A stretch of 64,000 nucleotides of DNA from Macrostomum lignano (taxonomy: Eukaryota): contig NIVC01001604.1 of the NCBI GenBank assembly GCA_002269645.1, positions 197,442 through 261,441 on the forward strand. The letters run 5' to 3'. Under the pieces are notes generated by a model. That model was given only the letters and a program-made list of their open reading frames with translations, did no database searches and was not told where the DNA came from. Both the position numbers and the translations under genes were made by a program. Below, one piece after another: positions 35,257-47,980 of this stretch. How positions within the stretch are numbered: the first letter of the stretch is position 1; each line of letters starts with the position of its first letter.

Positions 35257-38200
35257 TTAGTTCAAATCCCCCAAAGTTCCTAAATGAGTCGCAGAAACTC
35301 TGTGTGTTTCTGTCACTTGCCAATAACAGCGGCGCTGCTGAAGAGCCACATGAACAGCCGGTCCAGCACCACGGCCACGTACTTCCATTCGTCCCGAATC
35401 TGCAAGCGGCAAATCGGCTTTGGTCTCACATTTCGGGGGGAGGCAAAGTGTATTTTAGTTTCTGTTTGAAAATCAGCAGGTTTGCTCAGCCGATCCGGGG
35501 CTGCAGGCCAACATTGGCAAATGAGCTGGAGGTGCCGGGAACGGGGTTGAACTCTGCCCTGAGCGGCTGCTCAAGAAGGGAAGCCAGATCAGATCAGATT
35601 GGCATGCAAGATAGCCGAGATAGTGAAGCACTCCCAGGAAGACGCAGAATGAAGTTGGCCTGCGCCCTCCAGCTTCGGTTTTGACTAAGAGTAAGTGTTT
35701 AAGTGCCCTCATGGCCAGATGTGCAAACGACATCTCAGCCGCAGCTATTGCGCGGCACATCTGAAGGCTGCGTACGGCTGTTCAGTCCAAGGACTGGGGG
35801 GACCGCAACACACCCTCAATTACCCCAGCTAATGCTGGTAACCCATTTTACAGCTGGGTGAACTGAAGCAATGCAGAGTCAACTGTCTTCTTCAAGGACA
35901 CAAATTGCTTCCAGTGGGTCGAGAATCGAACCCCAAACCTTCAGTCGTGAGTCCGACTCTCTAACCACTGGGCTGCAGCCCCTAGACTGCAACTAGGGAA
36001 CAACCTGATCGATAATTCAGCTCCTTAACATAAAATGTGACAAGAAACTCAAAGAATTGGTGAGATAGTTGAAGAGCCCAAGGTCCGTGCCTTCGCCACC
36101 ACCAGCACAAGTAAAGCAACTTTGGCTTAACTTGGCTTAACAGCGGGTTGCTGCCAGAGCGAGACGAAATTGCGTGATTGCGCTCAGGCAAAATGCTCAT
36201 GGGCGCTTGTGCCGGGGCATATGAGAGTTTAACAACAGTTGAATAAGCTGCTTGCATAAAAATGCTGCGATAGGGTAGCAGCTCTGAGCTGCGAGTGATG
36301 CCACCTTGACCCAATCCAGTTCTTTTTGACCCTTTCTGACCCAATCCAGTTCTTTTTGACCCTTTCTGACCCAGTCCAGTTCTTTTTGACCCTTTCTGAC
36401 CCAGTCCAGTTCTTTTTGACCCTTTCTGACCCAATCCAGTTCTTTTTTACCCTTTGCCATCCTGACCCCTGAGACTGCATAGTGGGTCAGCGGTCCAGAA
36501 CTTACAGTGGTGTTCCGCTCAAGAAACTTCAAGTGGCTGGCGATGTTCCTGACACCAGTCAGCGCCATCTCGACGTCGCAAGCGATGCCGTGGTCGCAGC
36601 CAACCTCGCCGCAGCCGCCGCCGTCGCCGTAGCGACACTCGTCGAAGCTCCGCCAGTTGAACTGCCAGCCAGGCTGCTGCTGGTGCGCCGTCTGGCCGAG
36701 GCTGCCGGGTGCGCGCTCATCGAGCTGTTGGTGGGTCGGTGGCGGGTCGGAGTGGGTCAGGATTGTGGCTCATTGACTCATGGCGGGATTTGCTCAATTC
36801 GATCTGGAAAGGTCTGGGCTGGCAGAATGGGTCACTGGATCAGGAAGGGTCAGCAAGAACTGGATTGGGTCAGGAAGGGTCAGCAAGAACTGGATTGGGT
36901 CAGGAAGGGTCAGCAAGAACTGGATTAGGTCAGGAAGGGTCAGCAAGAACTGGATTGGGTCAGGAAGGGTCAGCAAGAACTGGATTGGGTCAGGAAGGGT
37001 CAGCAAGAACTGGATTGGGTCAGGGAGGGTCAGAAAAAATTGGATTGGGTCAGGAAGGGTCGGCAAGAACTGGATTGGGTCAGGAAGGGTCAGCAAGAAC
37101 TGGATTGGGTCAGGAAGGGTCGGCAAGAACTGGATTGGGTCAGGAAGGGTCAGCAAGAACTGGATTGGGTCAGGAAGGGTCGGCAAGAACTGGATTGGGT
37201 CAGGAAGGGTCAGCAAGAACTGGATTGGGTCAGGAAGGGTCAGCAAGAACTGGATTGGGTCAGGGAGGGTCAGAAAAAATTGGATTGGGTCAGGAAGGGT
37301 CGGCAAGAACTGGATTGGGTCAGGAAGGGTCAGCAAGAACTGGATTGGGTCAGGAAGGGTCGGCAAGAACTGGATTGGGTCAGGAAGGGTCAGCAAGAAC
37401 TGGATTGGGTCAGGAAGGGTCAGAAAGAACTGGATTGGGTCAGGAAGGGTCGGCAAGAACTGGATTGGGTCAGGGAGGGTCAGCAAGAACTGGATTGGGT
37501 CAGGAAGGTTCAGCAAGAACTGGATTGGGTCAGGAAGGGTCAGCAAGAACTGGATTGGGTCAGGAAGGGTCGGCAAGAACTGGATTGGGTCAGGAAGGGT
37601 CAGCAAGAACTGGATTGGGTCAGGAAGGGTCAGAAAGAACTGGATTGGGTCAGGAAGGGTCGGCAAGAACTGGATTGGGTCAGGAAGGGTCAGCAAGAAC
37701 TGGATTGGGTCAGGAAGGGTCAGCAAGAATTGGATTGGGTCAGGAATGACCAACCTTGGCATCTTCAGTGCCCTCCCTGTTGTCGGGCTTCTTCATGAAC
37801 AGCAGTTTCGGCAAGGTGTGCAGGAACACCTGGCGAACCCAGGGTGCCATGATGTGCGTGTCCGGGGACCGCCAGTGCACATTGAGCACAATGACCGTGG
37901 CCATGACGGACAGCGTGACCAGGATCATAGTGAACAGCAGGTACTTGAGTATGAGCGGCACCACCAGAGAGGTCGGTGGGCAGATGTCGAAGATGAGCAG
38001 GAAGAACACGGTGAGTGACAGCAGAATGTTGATTGACAGGGACATCTTCTCGCCAGAGTCGCCGGGCAGGTAGAAGACGAGGATGGTGAGGAAGCTGATG
38101 GCCAGGCAAGGGCAGATGAGGTTCACGCCGTAGAAGAGTGTCTTGCGGCGGATCTTCAGCGAGAACAGCAGGTCCAGGTAGGGCTCCGGGCAGCAGCGGT

Positions 38201-41200
38201 AGATCTGGATGTTCCGCTTGGCCGTCACCTCTGGGCGCGGGACGGTGGTCACGTGACGCTTAGAGGACAGCGAATTACAAACCGAATTTGACCTCCGTGA
38301 GAGCCGCTGTCCCCTTCCCGGGTGCTGCAGTGAGAGCCGCTGTCCCCTTCCCGGGTGCTGCAGTGAGAGCCGCTGTCCCCTTCCCGGGTGCTGCAGTGAG
38401 AGCCGCTGTCCCCTTCCCGGGGGCTGCAGTGAGAGCCGCTGTGCCCTTCCCGGGTGCTGCAGTGAGAGCCGCTGTCCCCTTCCCGGGTGCTGCAGTGAGA
38501 GCCGCTGTCCCCTTCCCGGGTGCTGCAGTGAGAGCCGCTGTCCCCTTCCCGGGGGCTGCAGTGAGAGCCGCTGTGCCCTTCCCGGGGGCTGCAGTGAGAG
38601 CCGCTACTAACTAATACACAGTTAGCAGTGATTTTCAGTCCAGCACTGCTCCCTCTCCAATAGTCCTGGATCGAAATCTCCCGCGCCCAAAGATTTCGGG
38701 ATTTGAGCTGTGGCAGGGAGCGCAGGAGCAGCCCTGCTCACAGCACACCCTCAAAGAGAGCTCAAAGCTCAGAGCTGCGGAGTGAGCTGGGCGGGTGAGG
38801 GTCGCAGTTATGATTAAGTCCCTGTCCGATTGATTGAGCCCAGGCCCTATGCTTATTGTTATTATTTGCATACTGAAGGGCCGGCCCGCTCGATCGGCCA
38901 CTCAAGTTTCCCCTCGGCCGACCGACACGGAATCGGCGCTCCACTGAGCTGCCCGGGGCCGGCACCGGGGATCAGAGAAAATCTCCCACACGCCCACCCC
39001 CAGCCCCCAGAAAGTTTCCAGCGCAAATCCTCCCGGCGGGGAAATCCGCTGCCCCGCCCCGCCGCTCTCACCTTGGCCAGATGAGGGACGCCGCCCGGGA
39101 CAGGGGGGGGAGGGGAATGGGAAAACGGGCACTCTCCGAGGCGAATCAATGTGATTAGCGTCCGCACGGAACTCCAGATCGAATTCCAAGGCCCAGCTAA
39201 TTCCCCCCCCCCCGGAGAGAGAGAGCTGTTTGCAGCGGGCCACCCCCAGACACGAAGGACCCGGCGAGGCGCCCCAGCAAGGAGGAGGCGAGATGGGCGA
39301 GGCTGCGACCCGGCTTGCCCGCCGGGGACGGCCGGGCGGCAGCAATTCAATTTGCTGGAAATCCCCAGCAGTTTTGCCTCCTCCATGCGCCTCTGTTTCA
39401 AACGCTAAATAATAGAGAGAGAGGGGAGGTCCGGGGGGTCCCGCCCGGAGGTCTTCTGCCCCCCCCAGGCCGAGATCGCGGAAATGCAATTTTCCGTCTG
39501 CGCAGCTCGAATTTATTCATCTGCCTCGGTGGTCAGGCGGGCGGGCAGCGGGTCAGGGGCAGATGGGGGTTCAGCCGGCAGGATTCGATTCACTGGCTGA
39601 GCCAATTTGGCAACTGTCTGTTTGGGTTAAGCGGGCGGGCCTCAGCTGACCGGCCTGGCTGATCTACGAGCAGGGGGGGGGCGTTCGCGCAGGCTGTCAG
39701 GCGGTCCTGTCTTGGCGAACTCCAGCGAGGAGGGCGGGGAACTCTGCCAGGGTTTGGTTTAGAAAATAGAAGGACAGGCGGGAACTTGCAAGCCAAGCTG
39801 AATGAAGTTCGTGCTTCTCTGTGCAGCTCTCTCCAAATGAGGCGAATCTGTGGGAAACCAGCTTCCATCTACCAGCTCCATCTACCAGCTTCCATCTACC
39901 AGCTTCCATCTACCAGCTTCCATCTACCAGCTTCCATCTACCAGCTCCATCTACCAGCTTCCATCTACCAGCTCCATCTACCAGCTTCCATCTACCAGCT
40001 TCCATCTACCAGCTTCCATCTACCAGCTTCCATCTACCAGCTTCCATCTACCAGCTTCCATCTACCAGCTCCATCTACCAGCTTCCATCTACCAGCTCCA
40101 TCTACCAGCTTCCATCTACCAGCTTCCATCTACCAGCTTCCATCTACCAGCTTCCATCTAACGGCTTCTATCTAACAGCTTCAAAATCCAGTTTTCATCT
40201 GATTCAACAGCTCCCAGCTTCCGGCTGAGCAGCCTCATCAAGCCAGCTCACCAAGGATGTCCCACTCCACGTTGTCCACAAACTGGCTGAGGTCCACCGC
40301 GTAGTCGATGAACGCCTCGCAGTTGTCGAAGTTTTTCATGCCGGTCCGGTCGGCCTCGGCCTTCTGGGCCACGTGCCGGAGGTCGATGAGGTAGCCGTTG
40401 TGGGTCCACGTGCCCAGCTTCAGGGTGCAGATCTGCGTGTCGAATGGGAAAAACTCCACGTTGATCTCGCACTGGCTCTTGAAGATGATCGGCGGCCGCC
40501 ACAGCACGGTGCCGTCGCTCAGGACGTTCACCTTGTTCGCCGAGCTGCCGAGGTCCCAGTCGCCACCGGCGCTAAGGGAGTTGTGAGCACATGAGTATTT
40601 GATAAATGAGTAACTAAGCAACTGAGTATTGGTAGTTGAGCAACTGAGTATTGGTAGTTGAGCAACTGAGTATTGGTAGTTGAGCAACTGAATATTGGTA
40701 GTTGAGCAACTGAGTATTGGTAGTTGAGCAACTGAGTATTGGTAGTTGAGCAACTGGTAGTTGAGCAACTGAGTATTGCTAGTTGAGCAACTGAGTATTG
40801 GCAGTTGAGCAACTGGTAGTTGAGCAACTGAGTATTGGTAGTTGAGCAACTGAGTATTGGCAGTTGAGCAACTGAGTATTGGTAGTTGAGCAACTGAGTA
40901 TTGGTAGTTGAGCAACTGGTAGTTGAGCAACTGAGTATTGGTAGTTGAGCAACTGAGTATTGGCAGTTGAGCAACTGGTAGTTGAGCAACTGAGTATTGG
41001 CAGTTGAGCAACTGGCAGTTGAGCAACTGGTAGTTGAGCAACTGAGTATTGGTAGTTGAGCAACTGGTAGTTGAGCAACTGAGTATTGGCAGTTGAGCAA
41101 CTGAGTATTGGTAGTTGAGCAACTGGTAGTTGAGCAACTGAATATTGGTAGATGAGCAACTGAATATTGGTAGTTGAGCAACTGGTAGTTGAGCAACTGA

Positions 41201-44164
41201 ATATTGGTAGTTGAGCAACTGAGTATTGGTAGTTGAGCAACTGAATATTGGTAGTTGAGCAACTGAATATTGGTAGTTGAGCAACTGAATATTGGTAGTT
41301 GAGCAACTGGTAGTTGAGCAACTGAATATTGGTAGTTGAGCAACTGGTAGTTGAGCAACTGAATATTGGTAGTTGAGCAACTGAATATTGGCAGTTGAGC
41401 AACTGAGTATTGGTAGTTGAGCAACTGGTAGTTGAGCAACTGAATATTGGTAGTTGAGCAACTGAGTATTGGTAGTTGAGCAACTGGTAGTTGAGCAACT
41501 GAATATTGGTAGATGAGCAACTGAATATTGGTAGTTGAGCAACTGAATATTGGTAGTTGAGCAACTGAATATTGGCAGTTGAGCAACTGAGTATTGGTAG
41601 TTGAGCAACTGGTAGTTGAGCAACTGAATATTGGTAGTTGAGCAACTGAGTATTGGTAGTTGAGCAACTGAGTATTGGCAGTTGAGCAACTGGTAGTTGA
41701 GCAACTGGTAGTTGAGCAACTGGTAGTTGAGCAACTGGTAGTTGAGCAACTGAATATTGGTAGTTGAGCAACTGAGTATTGGTAGTTGAGCAACTGAGTA
41801 TTGGCAGTTGAGCAACTGGTAGTTGAGCAACTGAGTATTGGTAGTTGAGCAACTGGTAGTTGAGCAACTGAGTATTGGCAGTTGAGCAACTGAGTATTGG
41901 CAGTTGAGCAACTGAGTATTGGTAGTTGAGCAACTGGTAGTTGAGCAACTGGTAGTTGAGCAACTGGTAGTTGAGCAACTGAATATTGGTAGTTGAGCAA
42001 CTGAGTATTGGTAGTTGAGCAACTGAGTATTGGCAGTTGAGCAACTGGTAGTTGAGCAACTGGTAGTTGAGCAACTGAGTATTGGTAGTTGAGCAACTGG
42101 TAGTTGAGCAACTGAGTATTGGCAGTTGAGCAACTGAGTATTGGCAGTTGAGCAACTGAGTATTGGTAGTTGAGCAACTGGTAGTTGAGCAACTGGTAGT
42201 TGAGCAACTGAATATTGGTAGATGAGCAACTGAATATTGGTAGTTGAGCAACTGAGTATTGGTAGTTGAGCAACTGAATATTGGTAGTTGAGCAACTGAG
42301 TATTGGTAGTTGAGCAACTGAGTATTGGTAGTTGAGCAACTGAGTATTGGTAGTTGAGTAACTGAGTATTGGTAGTTGAGCAACTTAGTATTGGCAGTTG
42401 AGCAACTGGCAGTTGAGCAACTGGTAGTTGAGCAACTGAGTATTGGCAGTTGAGCAACTGAGTATTGGTAGTTGAGCAACTGGTAGTTGAGCAACTGAGT
42501 ATTGGCCGCTGAACGGCCGGTTTTAGCAGCTGAACGCAGCCCGGACCCCGTACTTGTTATAGAGCACCAGGTCCGGCGTCCAAATTTCGTCCGACGGCAC
42601 GTGCAGCTCGTGGATGCTGCCGTAGTGGCTCGGGTCCCACTGGAAGTTCGGGTCGAACCACTGCTGGAACACCCACATGTTCAGCGTCACTATCTGGTTC
42701 TTTTCGTCCTGGAATTTGAAAAATGCCAAGATATGAAGTTGCTGAGGCCGGAGAGCATTTCGTTCGGGAGCTCACCACGTCAAGGATCTGGGTGAGGCTG
42801 AGGTTCATGTACAGCAGCACCGGCTGCGAGTGGTTGGTCACGGGGCGCACATAGGACCTGTAGTTCGTGCGGTTCATCAGGTCCGTGAACAGCTTCTTGG
42901 CGGCCTCGATGGCAAGCGCTCCTGCGGGTTCAGCGGCGGGTTCGGGGGTCGCTCGAGTCCGGAGCCTCGTGACTTGGGGGGCCTCGAGCTCCACTGACAG
43001 CATTGTTCACCTTGTTTGGAGCAAAAATGACCTAGGCCATCTACACCTATGGCCAGAGTCCCCTATAACTCTTGATGGCCTCTCCTAAGACCCTTGGTTC
43101 CACGGCTCGTAGACACCCTGGAAGGACTGGCTGCCCGCCTTTCCTCCAGGCCACAATCTCTCCATGGAAACCCTGGCTGCTCCGCACCACAATCCCATAG
43201 AAATTCTGGCTGCCCTTCACCACAATTCTATGAAAACCCTGGCTGCCCCACACCACAATCCCATTGAAACCCTGGCTGCTCCGTACCACAATCGCATGGA
43301 AATTCTGGCTGCCCCGTACCACAATCCCATGGAAACCCTGGCTGCCCCGTACCACAATCCCATGGAAACCCTGGCTGCCCCGCACCACAATCCCATGGAA
43401 ACCCTGGCTGCTCCGTACCACAATCCCATGGAAACCCTGGCTGCTCCGTACCACAATCCCATGGAAATTCTGGCTGCCCCGTACCACAATCCCATGGAAA
43501 CCCTGGCTGCCCCGTACCACAATCCCATGGAAACCCTGGCTGCCCCGCACCACAATCCCATGGAAACCCTGGCTGCCCCGCACCACAATCCCATGGAAAC
43601 CCTGGCTGCCCCGCACCACAATCCCATGGAAACCCTGGCTGCCAGCACAATCCCACGGAGACCCTGGCTGCCTGCACAATCCCATGGAAACTCTGGCTGC
43701 CCCGTACCACAATCCCATGGAAACCCTGGCTGCCCCGCACCACAATCCCATGGAAACCCTGGCTGCTCCGTACCACAATCCCATGGAAATTCTGGTTGCC
43801 CCGCACCACAATCCCATGGAAATTCTGGCTGCCCCGCACCACAATCCCACCGAGACCCTGGCTGCCAGCACAATCCCACGGAGACCCTGGCTGCCAGCAC
43901 AATCCCACGGAGACCCTGGCTGCCTGCACAATCCCACGGAGACCCTGGCTGCCTGCACAATCCCACGGAGACCCTGGCTGCCTGCACAATCCCACGGAGA
44001 CCCTGGCTGCCTGCACAATCCCATGGAAACCCTGGCTGCTTACACAATTCAAGGTCAAGCATCGCACACGGCCGCTCACCTGAGTTGAGAGCCACGCCAA
44101 AGAAAATAACGCAGAGCCACAGAGCGGACGCTGTCGCGGGCGCGAACCCCCGGCTCCGGTTCAT
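35257..44164 (-). CDS. Nicotinic acetylcholine receptor alpha subunit (Cys-loop, predicted cation-selective)
   Basis: Exons 44164-44080 (signal peptide), 42921-42776, 42708-42554, 40571-40252, 38230-37755, 36724-36506, 35399-35321, and tentatively 35279-35257 after a 41-nt GC-AG intron; about 500 aa. Loop [11 protein letters not shown], Cys-loop [15 protein letters not shown], loop B GTWT, loop C YRCCPEPY (vicinal Cys = alpha), TM1-3, DSGEK before TM2, MA helix [18 protein letters not shown]4 [17 protein letters not shown]. Confidence 0.95.
35760..35980 (-). mobile_element. tRNA-derived SINE in nAChR intron 6
   Basis: Minus strand reads GGCTGCAGCCCAGTGGTTAGAG (A box) ... GGTTCGATTC (B box); body has CAAGGACACAA and CCCATTTTACAGCTGGGTG; a related copy lies at about 46200-46290. 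Confidence 0.75.
36307..36460. repeat. 30-bp minisatellite, inverted relative to 36835-37745
   Basis: GACCCAATCCAGTTCTTTTTGACCCTTTCT, about 5 copies. Confidence 0.93.
36835..37745. repeat. 30-bp intronic minisatellite
   Basis: GGATTGGGTCAGGAAGGGTCAGCAAGAACT, about 30 copies. Confidence 0.97.
38295..38605. repeat. 33-bp intronic minisatellite
   Basis: GTGAGAGCCGCTGTCCCCTTCCCGGGTGCTGCA, about 9 copies. Confidence 0.95.
39860..40165. repeat. 13/14-bp intronic minisatellite
   Basis: TCCATCTACCAGCT tandem. Confidence 0.95.
40615..42505. repeat. Mixed 22/15-bp minisatellite filling nAChR intron 3
   Basis: GTTGAGCAACTGAGTATTGGTA interspersed with GTTGAGCAACTGGTA; contains the near-palindrome AGTTGAGCAACT. 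Confidence 0.97.
43150..44040. repeat. 33-bp (and 27-bp variant) minisatellite in nAChR intron 1
   Basis: CCACAATCCCATGGAAACCCTGGCTGCCCCGCA variants. Confidence 0.95.
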
Positions 44165-44869
44165 TTCTCTCAAAGCGGGACTATTTTTAAAAAATGACAG
44201 CTCAAACTTTTAAACCTCAGTCGATTCCTTCAAACGAGCCTCTCTATAGCTACTGCAGAAATCTCCCCGCCCAGGGGAGAAAATGTTCCCCTGATTAGAG
44301 GGCAGAGGCGGATCGCAGCGGGCAGGCCAGGCTGCCCCAATGGCCGCGGGAGATCGAGCGGGAAGCCGCAGCCACCCCCTGCTCAAGTGGGCGATTGCTG
44401 CGTGGCTGCCCCCCGTCCGAACTTCAATCGGAAGCAGCGGCGCGACTCGGGAAGGGACTCGAGTCCGTGCACGAGTGGCCAAAGACCTCCCCCAAGAAGC
44501 TGAGCAGAGCTTTGAGCTGGCAGCCCTGTCCCCTCTCGCCTTCTCAAGCGCAATTAAGATCTCCGACGCGTGACGATTGGCAGCCAGCAGCCACCGGCTT
44601 GAGGGCAATATTTGCACCGGCGCTAAACACTGTTAATTACCTGAGGCAGGTGCGAGTGCCGGCTCATGAGGAACTGCCGCTTCTGACTCTATTGGAATGA
44701 AAATGTTTCATATTGCCTCTAGTCATGGCCTTACTATCGGGATATCCTCATTGGTCAGTCATACTGCACTGGGATAGCAATAACATTTATCCTCATTGGG
44801 CATTCGATCATGTAGGGATAATTCTGACGGAGTGAACTGTGAGGAATTGGCAATTAATCACCAAATAGG

Positions 44870-46195
44870 ATCAATGAGGATAGATGACCATTATTATCTC
44901 CATAGGAGTTATCAGTGAGGATAGATGACCATTATTATCCCCATAGGAGTTATCAATGTGGATAGATGACCATTATTATCCCAATAGGAGTTATCAGTGT
45001 GGATAGATGACCATATTATCCCAATAGGAGTTATCAGTGTGGATAGATAACCATTATTATCCCAATAGGAGTTATCAGTGTGGATAGATAACCATTATTA
45101 TCCCAATAGGAGTTATCAGTGTGGATAGATGACCATTATTATCCCAATAGGAGTTATCAGTGAGGATAGATGACCATTATTATCCCAATAGGAGTTATCA
45201 ATGTGGATAGATGACCATTATTATCCCAATAGGAGTTATCAATGTGGATAGATGACCATTATTATCCCAATAGGAGTTATCAATGTGGATAGATGACCAT
45301 TATTATCCCAATAGGAATTATCAATGAGGATAGATGACCATTATTATCCCAATAGGAATTATCAATGAGGATAGATGACCATTATTATCCCAATAGGAGT
45401 TATCAGTGTGGATAGATGACCATTATTATCCCAATAGGAATTATCAATGAGGATAGATGACCATTATTATCCCAATAGGAATTATCAATGAGGATAGATG
45501 ACCATTATTATCCCAATAGGAGTTATCAATGTGGATAGATGACCATTATTATCCCAATAGGAGTTATCAATGTGGATAGATGACCATTATTATCCCTATA
45601 GGAGTTATCAATGTGGATAGATGACCATTATTATACCAATAGGAATTATCAATGAGGATAGATGACCATTATTATCCCAATAGGAATTATCAATGAGGAT
45701 AGATGACCATTATTATCCCAATAGGAATTATCAATGAGGATAGATGACCATTATTATCCCAATAGGAATTATCAATGTGGATAGATGACCATTATTATTC
45801 CAATAGGAATTATCAATGAGGATAGATGACCATTATTATCCCAATAGGAGTTATCAATGAGGATAGATGACCATTATTATTCCAATAGGAGTTATCAATG
45901 TGGATAGATGACCATTATTATCCCAATAGGAATTATCAATGTGGATAGATGACCATTATTATCCCTATAGGAGTTATCAATGTGGATAGATGACCATTAT
46001 TATCCCAATAGGAATTATCAATGAGGATAGATGACCATTATTATCCCAATAGGAGTTATCAATGAGGATAGATGACCATTATTATCCCAATAGGAGTTAT
46101 CAATGAGGATAGATGACCATTATTATCCCAATAGGAATTATCAATGAGGATAGATGACCATTATTATCCCAATAGGAATTATCAATGAGGACAAA
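44870..46195. repeat. 41-bp intergenic minisatellite
   Basis: GGATAGATGACCATTATTATCCCAATAGGAGTTATCAATGT, about 32 copies. Confidence 0.97.
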
Positions 46196-46199
46196 TTCT

Positions 46200-46290
46200 G
46201 GATGAACTGAAGTAATGCAGAGTTAAGTGTCTTGGTCAAGGACACAAATTGTTCCAGTGGGATCGGGAATCGAACCCCCAACCTTTCAGA
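46200..46290 (-). mobile_element. SINE fragment
   Basis: GAACTGAAGTAATGCAGAG...CAAGGACACAAATTG...GGAATCGAACCCC...CTCTAACCA, matching the copy at 35860-35970. Confidence 0.7.
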
Positions 46291-46394
46291 GGCTCTAACC
46301 AATAGGCTACCTCTTGTTCAAACATAGCCATTAAAAGTACATATATCTCCAGGCTAAACACGTAACCAACCTGGGTAACCAAAATTATCCTCAC

Positions 46395-46890
46395 AGGTCA
46401 TTCCATCATCCTGACCATTCCGTCATTATCCTCACAGGTCATTCCATCATCCTGACCATTCCGTCATTATCCTCGCTGGTCATTCCATCATCCTGATCAT
46501 TCCGTCATTATCCTCGCTGACCATTCCGTCATTATCCTCGCTGGTCATTCCATCATCCTGACCATTCCGTCATTATCCTCGCTGATCATTCCGTCATTAT
46601 CCTCGCTGATCATTCCGTCATTATCCTCGCTGGTCATTCCGTCATTATCCTCGCTGATCATTCCGTCATTATCCTCGCTGATCATTCCGTCATTATCCTC
46701 GCTGACCATTCCGTCATTATCCTCGCTGATCATTCCGTCATTATCCTCGCTGGTCATTCCGTCATTATCCTCGCTGATCATTCCGTCATTATCCTCGCTG
46801 ATCATTCCGTCATTATCCTCGCTGATCATTCCGTCATTATTCTCGCTGATCATTCCGTCATTATCCTCGCTGATCATTCCGTCATTATGC
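46395..46890. repeat. 24-bp minisatellite
   Basis: TTCCGTCATTATCCTCGCTGATCA tandem. Confidence 0.95.
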
Positions 46891-47359
46891 CCACTACCAG
46901 TTCATCATCCTCACAGGTCATTCCCAGTTGGTTAAAATGGTCATTATCTCTGGTCAGCAGCTTGTCAATCCTTATTTTTTAGCGGCCTATAAGACAGTGG
47001 ACCGCATTCTATTACTAGAAGTAGGCGGTGCGGAATCCAGTAATACACGACAAAAATCGAAGTGATTTAAACGGGTCTAGAGACACTTGTACTTTAGCAA
47101 TATACACAAGCTTGAAGCAAACTACGAAGTATATTTGAACTAGAAAATAAAATAATCTTAGTCACGGGAGAAGCTATCGGTGAGAGAATGCGAAACTCGC
47201 AAAATGGGGAGCTTGAAATGAGAACTGGAAGATCAGCTCGAACTGAGCCGCCAATCTTGCCAAACTGTACCGCAAATAAAATAAAATATTTAAAGTATAA
47301 ATGCTCTGCACTGGTAAGTCAGCAAGCAACCCCTCTCAATCACCTTCACCTGCCACCTG

Positions 47360-47890
47360 AACACAGCCATCACCTGGTATGCCACCTGTACACAGCCATC
47401 ACCTGGTATGCCACCTGTACACAGCCATCACCTGGTATGCCACCTGTACACAGCCATCACCTGGTATGCCACCTGTACACAGCCATCACCTGGTATGCCA
47501 CCTGTACACAGCCATCACCTGGTATGCCACCTGTACACAGCCATCACCTGGTATGCCACCTGTACACAGCCATCACCTGGTATGCCACCTGTACACAGCC
47601 ATCACATGGTATGCCACCTGTACACAGCCATCACCTGGTATGCCACCTGTACACAGCCATCACCTGGTATGCCACCTGTACACAGCCATCACCTGGTATG
47701 CCACCTGTACACAGCCATCACCTGGTATGCCACCTGTACACAGCCATCACCTGGTATGCCACCTGTACACAGCCATCACCTGGTATGCCACCTGTACACA
47801 GCCATCACCTGGTATGCCACCTGTACACAGCCATCACCTGGTATGCCACCTGTACACAGCCATCACCTGGTATGCCACCTGTACACAGCC
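47360..47890. repeat. 29-bp minisatellite just past the SBNO-like stop
   Basis: CACCTGGTATGCCACCTGTACACAGCCAT, about 18 near-perfect copies. Confidence 0.97.
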
Positions 47891-47980
47891 ACCAACTCAA
47901 GCTTGGCTGCCCAGCTGGCCCCAATCTCAAGCAGAAAAGCCAGGCCCAGAGCAGTTCTGAGCAGCTCCTAAACCCGGCAG

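Noticed and set aside
35930-35980. Possible tRNA gene
   Set aside because: A and B boxes are present but continue into a SINE body shared with 46200-46290; no complete cloverleaf evident.
36709-37798. Repeat ORFs of 250-410 aa in several frames
   Set aside because: 30-bp array lacking stops in several frames; intronic.
40238-42494. Three 570-740-aa minus-strand repeat ORFs
   Set aside because: Minisatellite inside nAChR intron 3; YNN|AGGDW joins cleanly across it.
43047-44213. Multiple 270-350-aa repeat ORFs
   Set aside because: 33-bp array in nAChR intron 1.
44870-46195. CRISPR-like regular repeat
   Set aside because: Head-to-tail tandem units with no unique spacers; eukaryotic context and no cas genes. 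The same applies to all other arrays.
46545-46877. Acidic MISEDNDG-repeat ORF resembling a biomineral or ice-binding protein
   Set aside because: 24-bp tandem repeat with no signal peptide, splice context or non-repeat coding flank.
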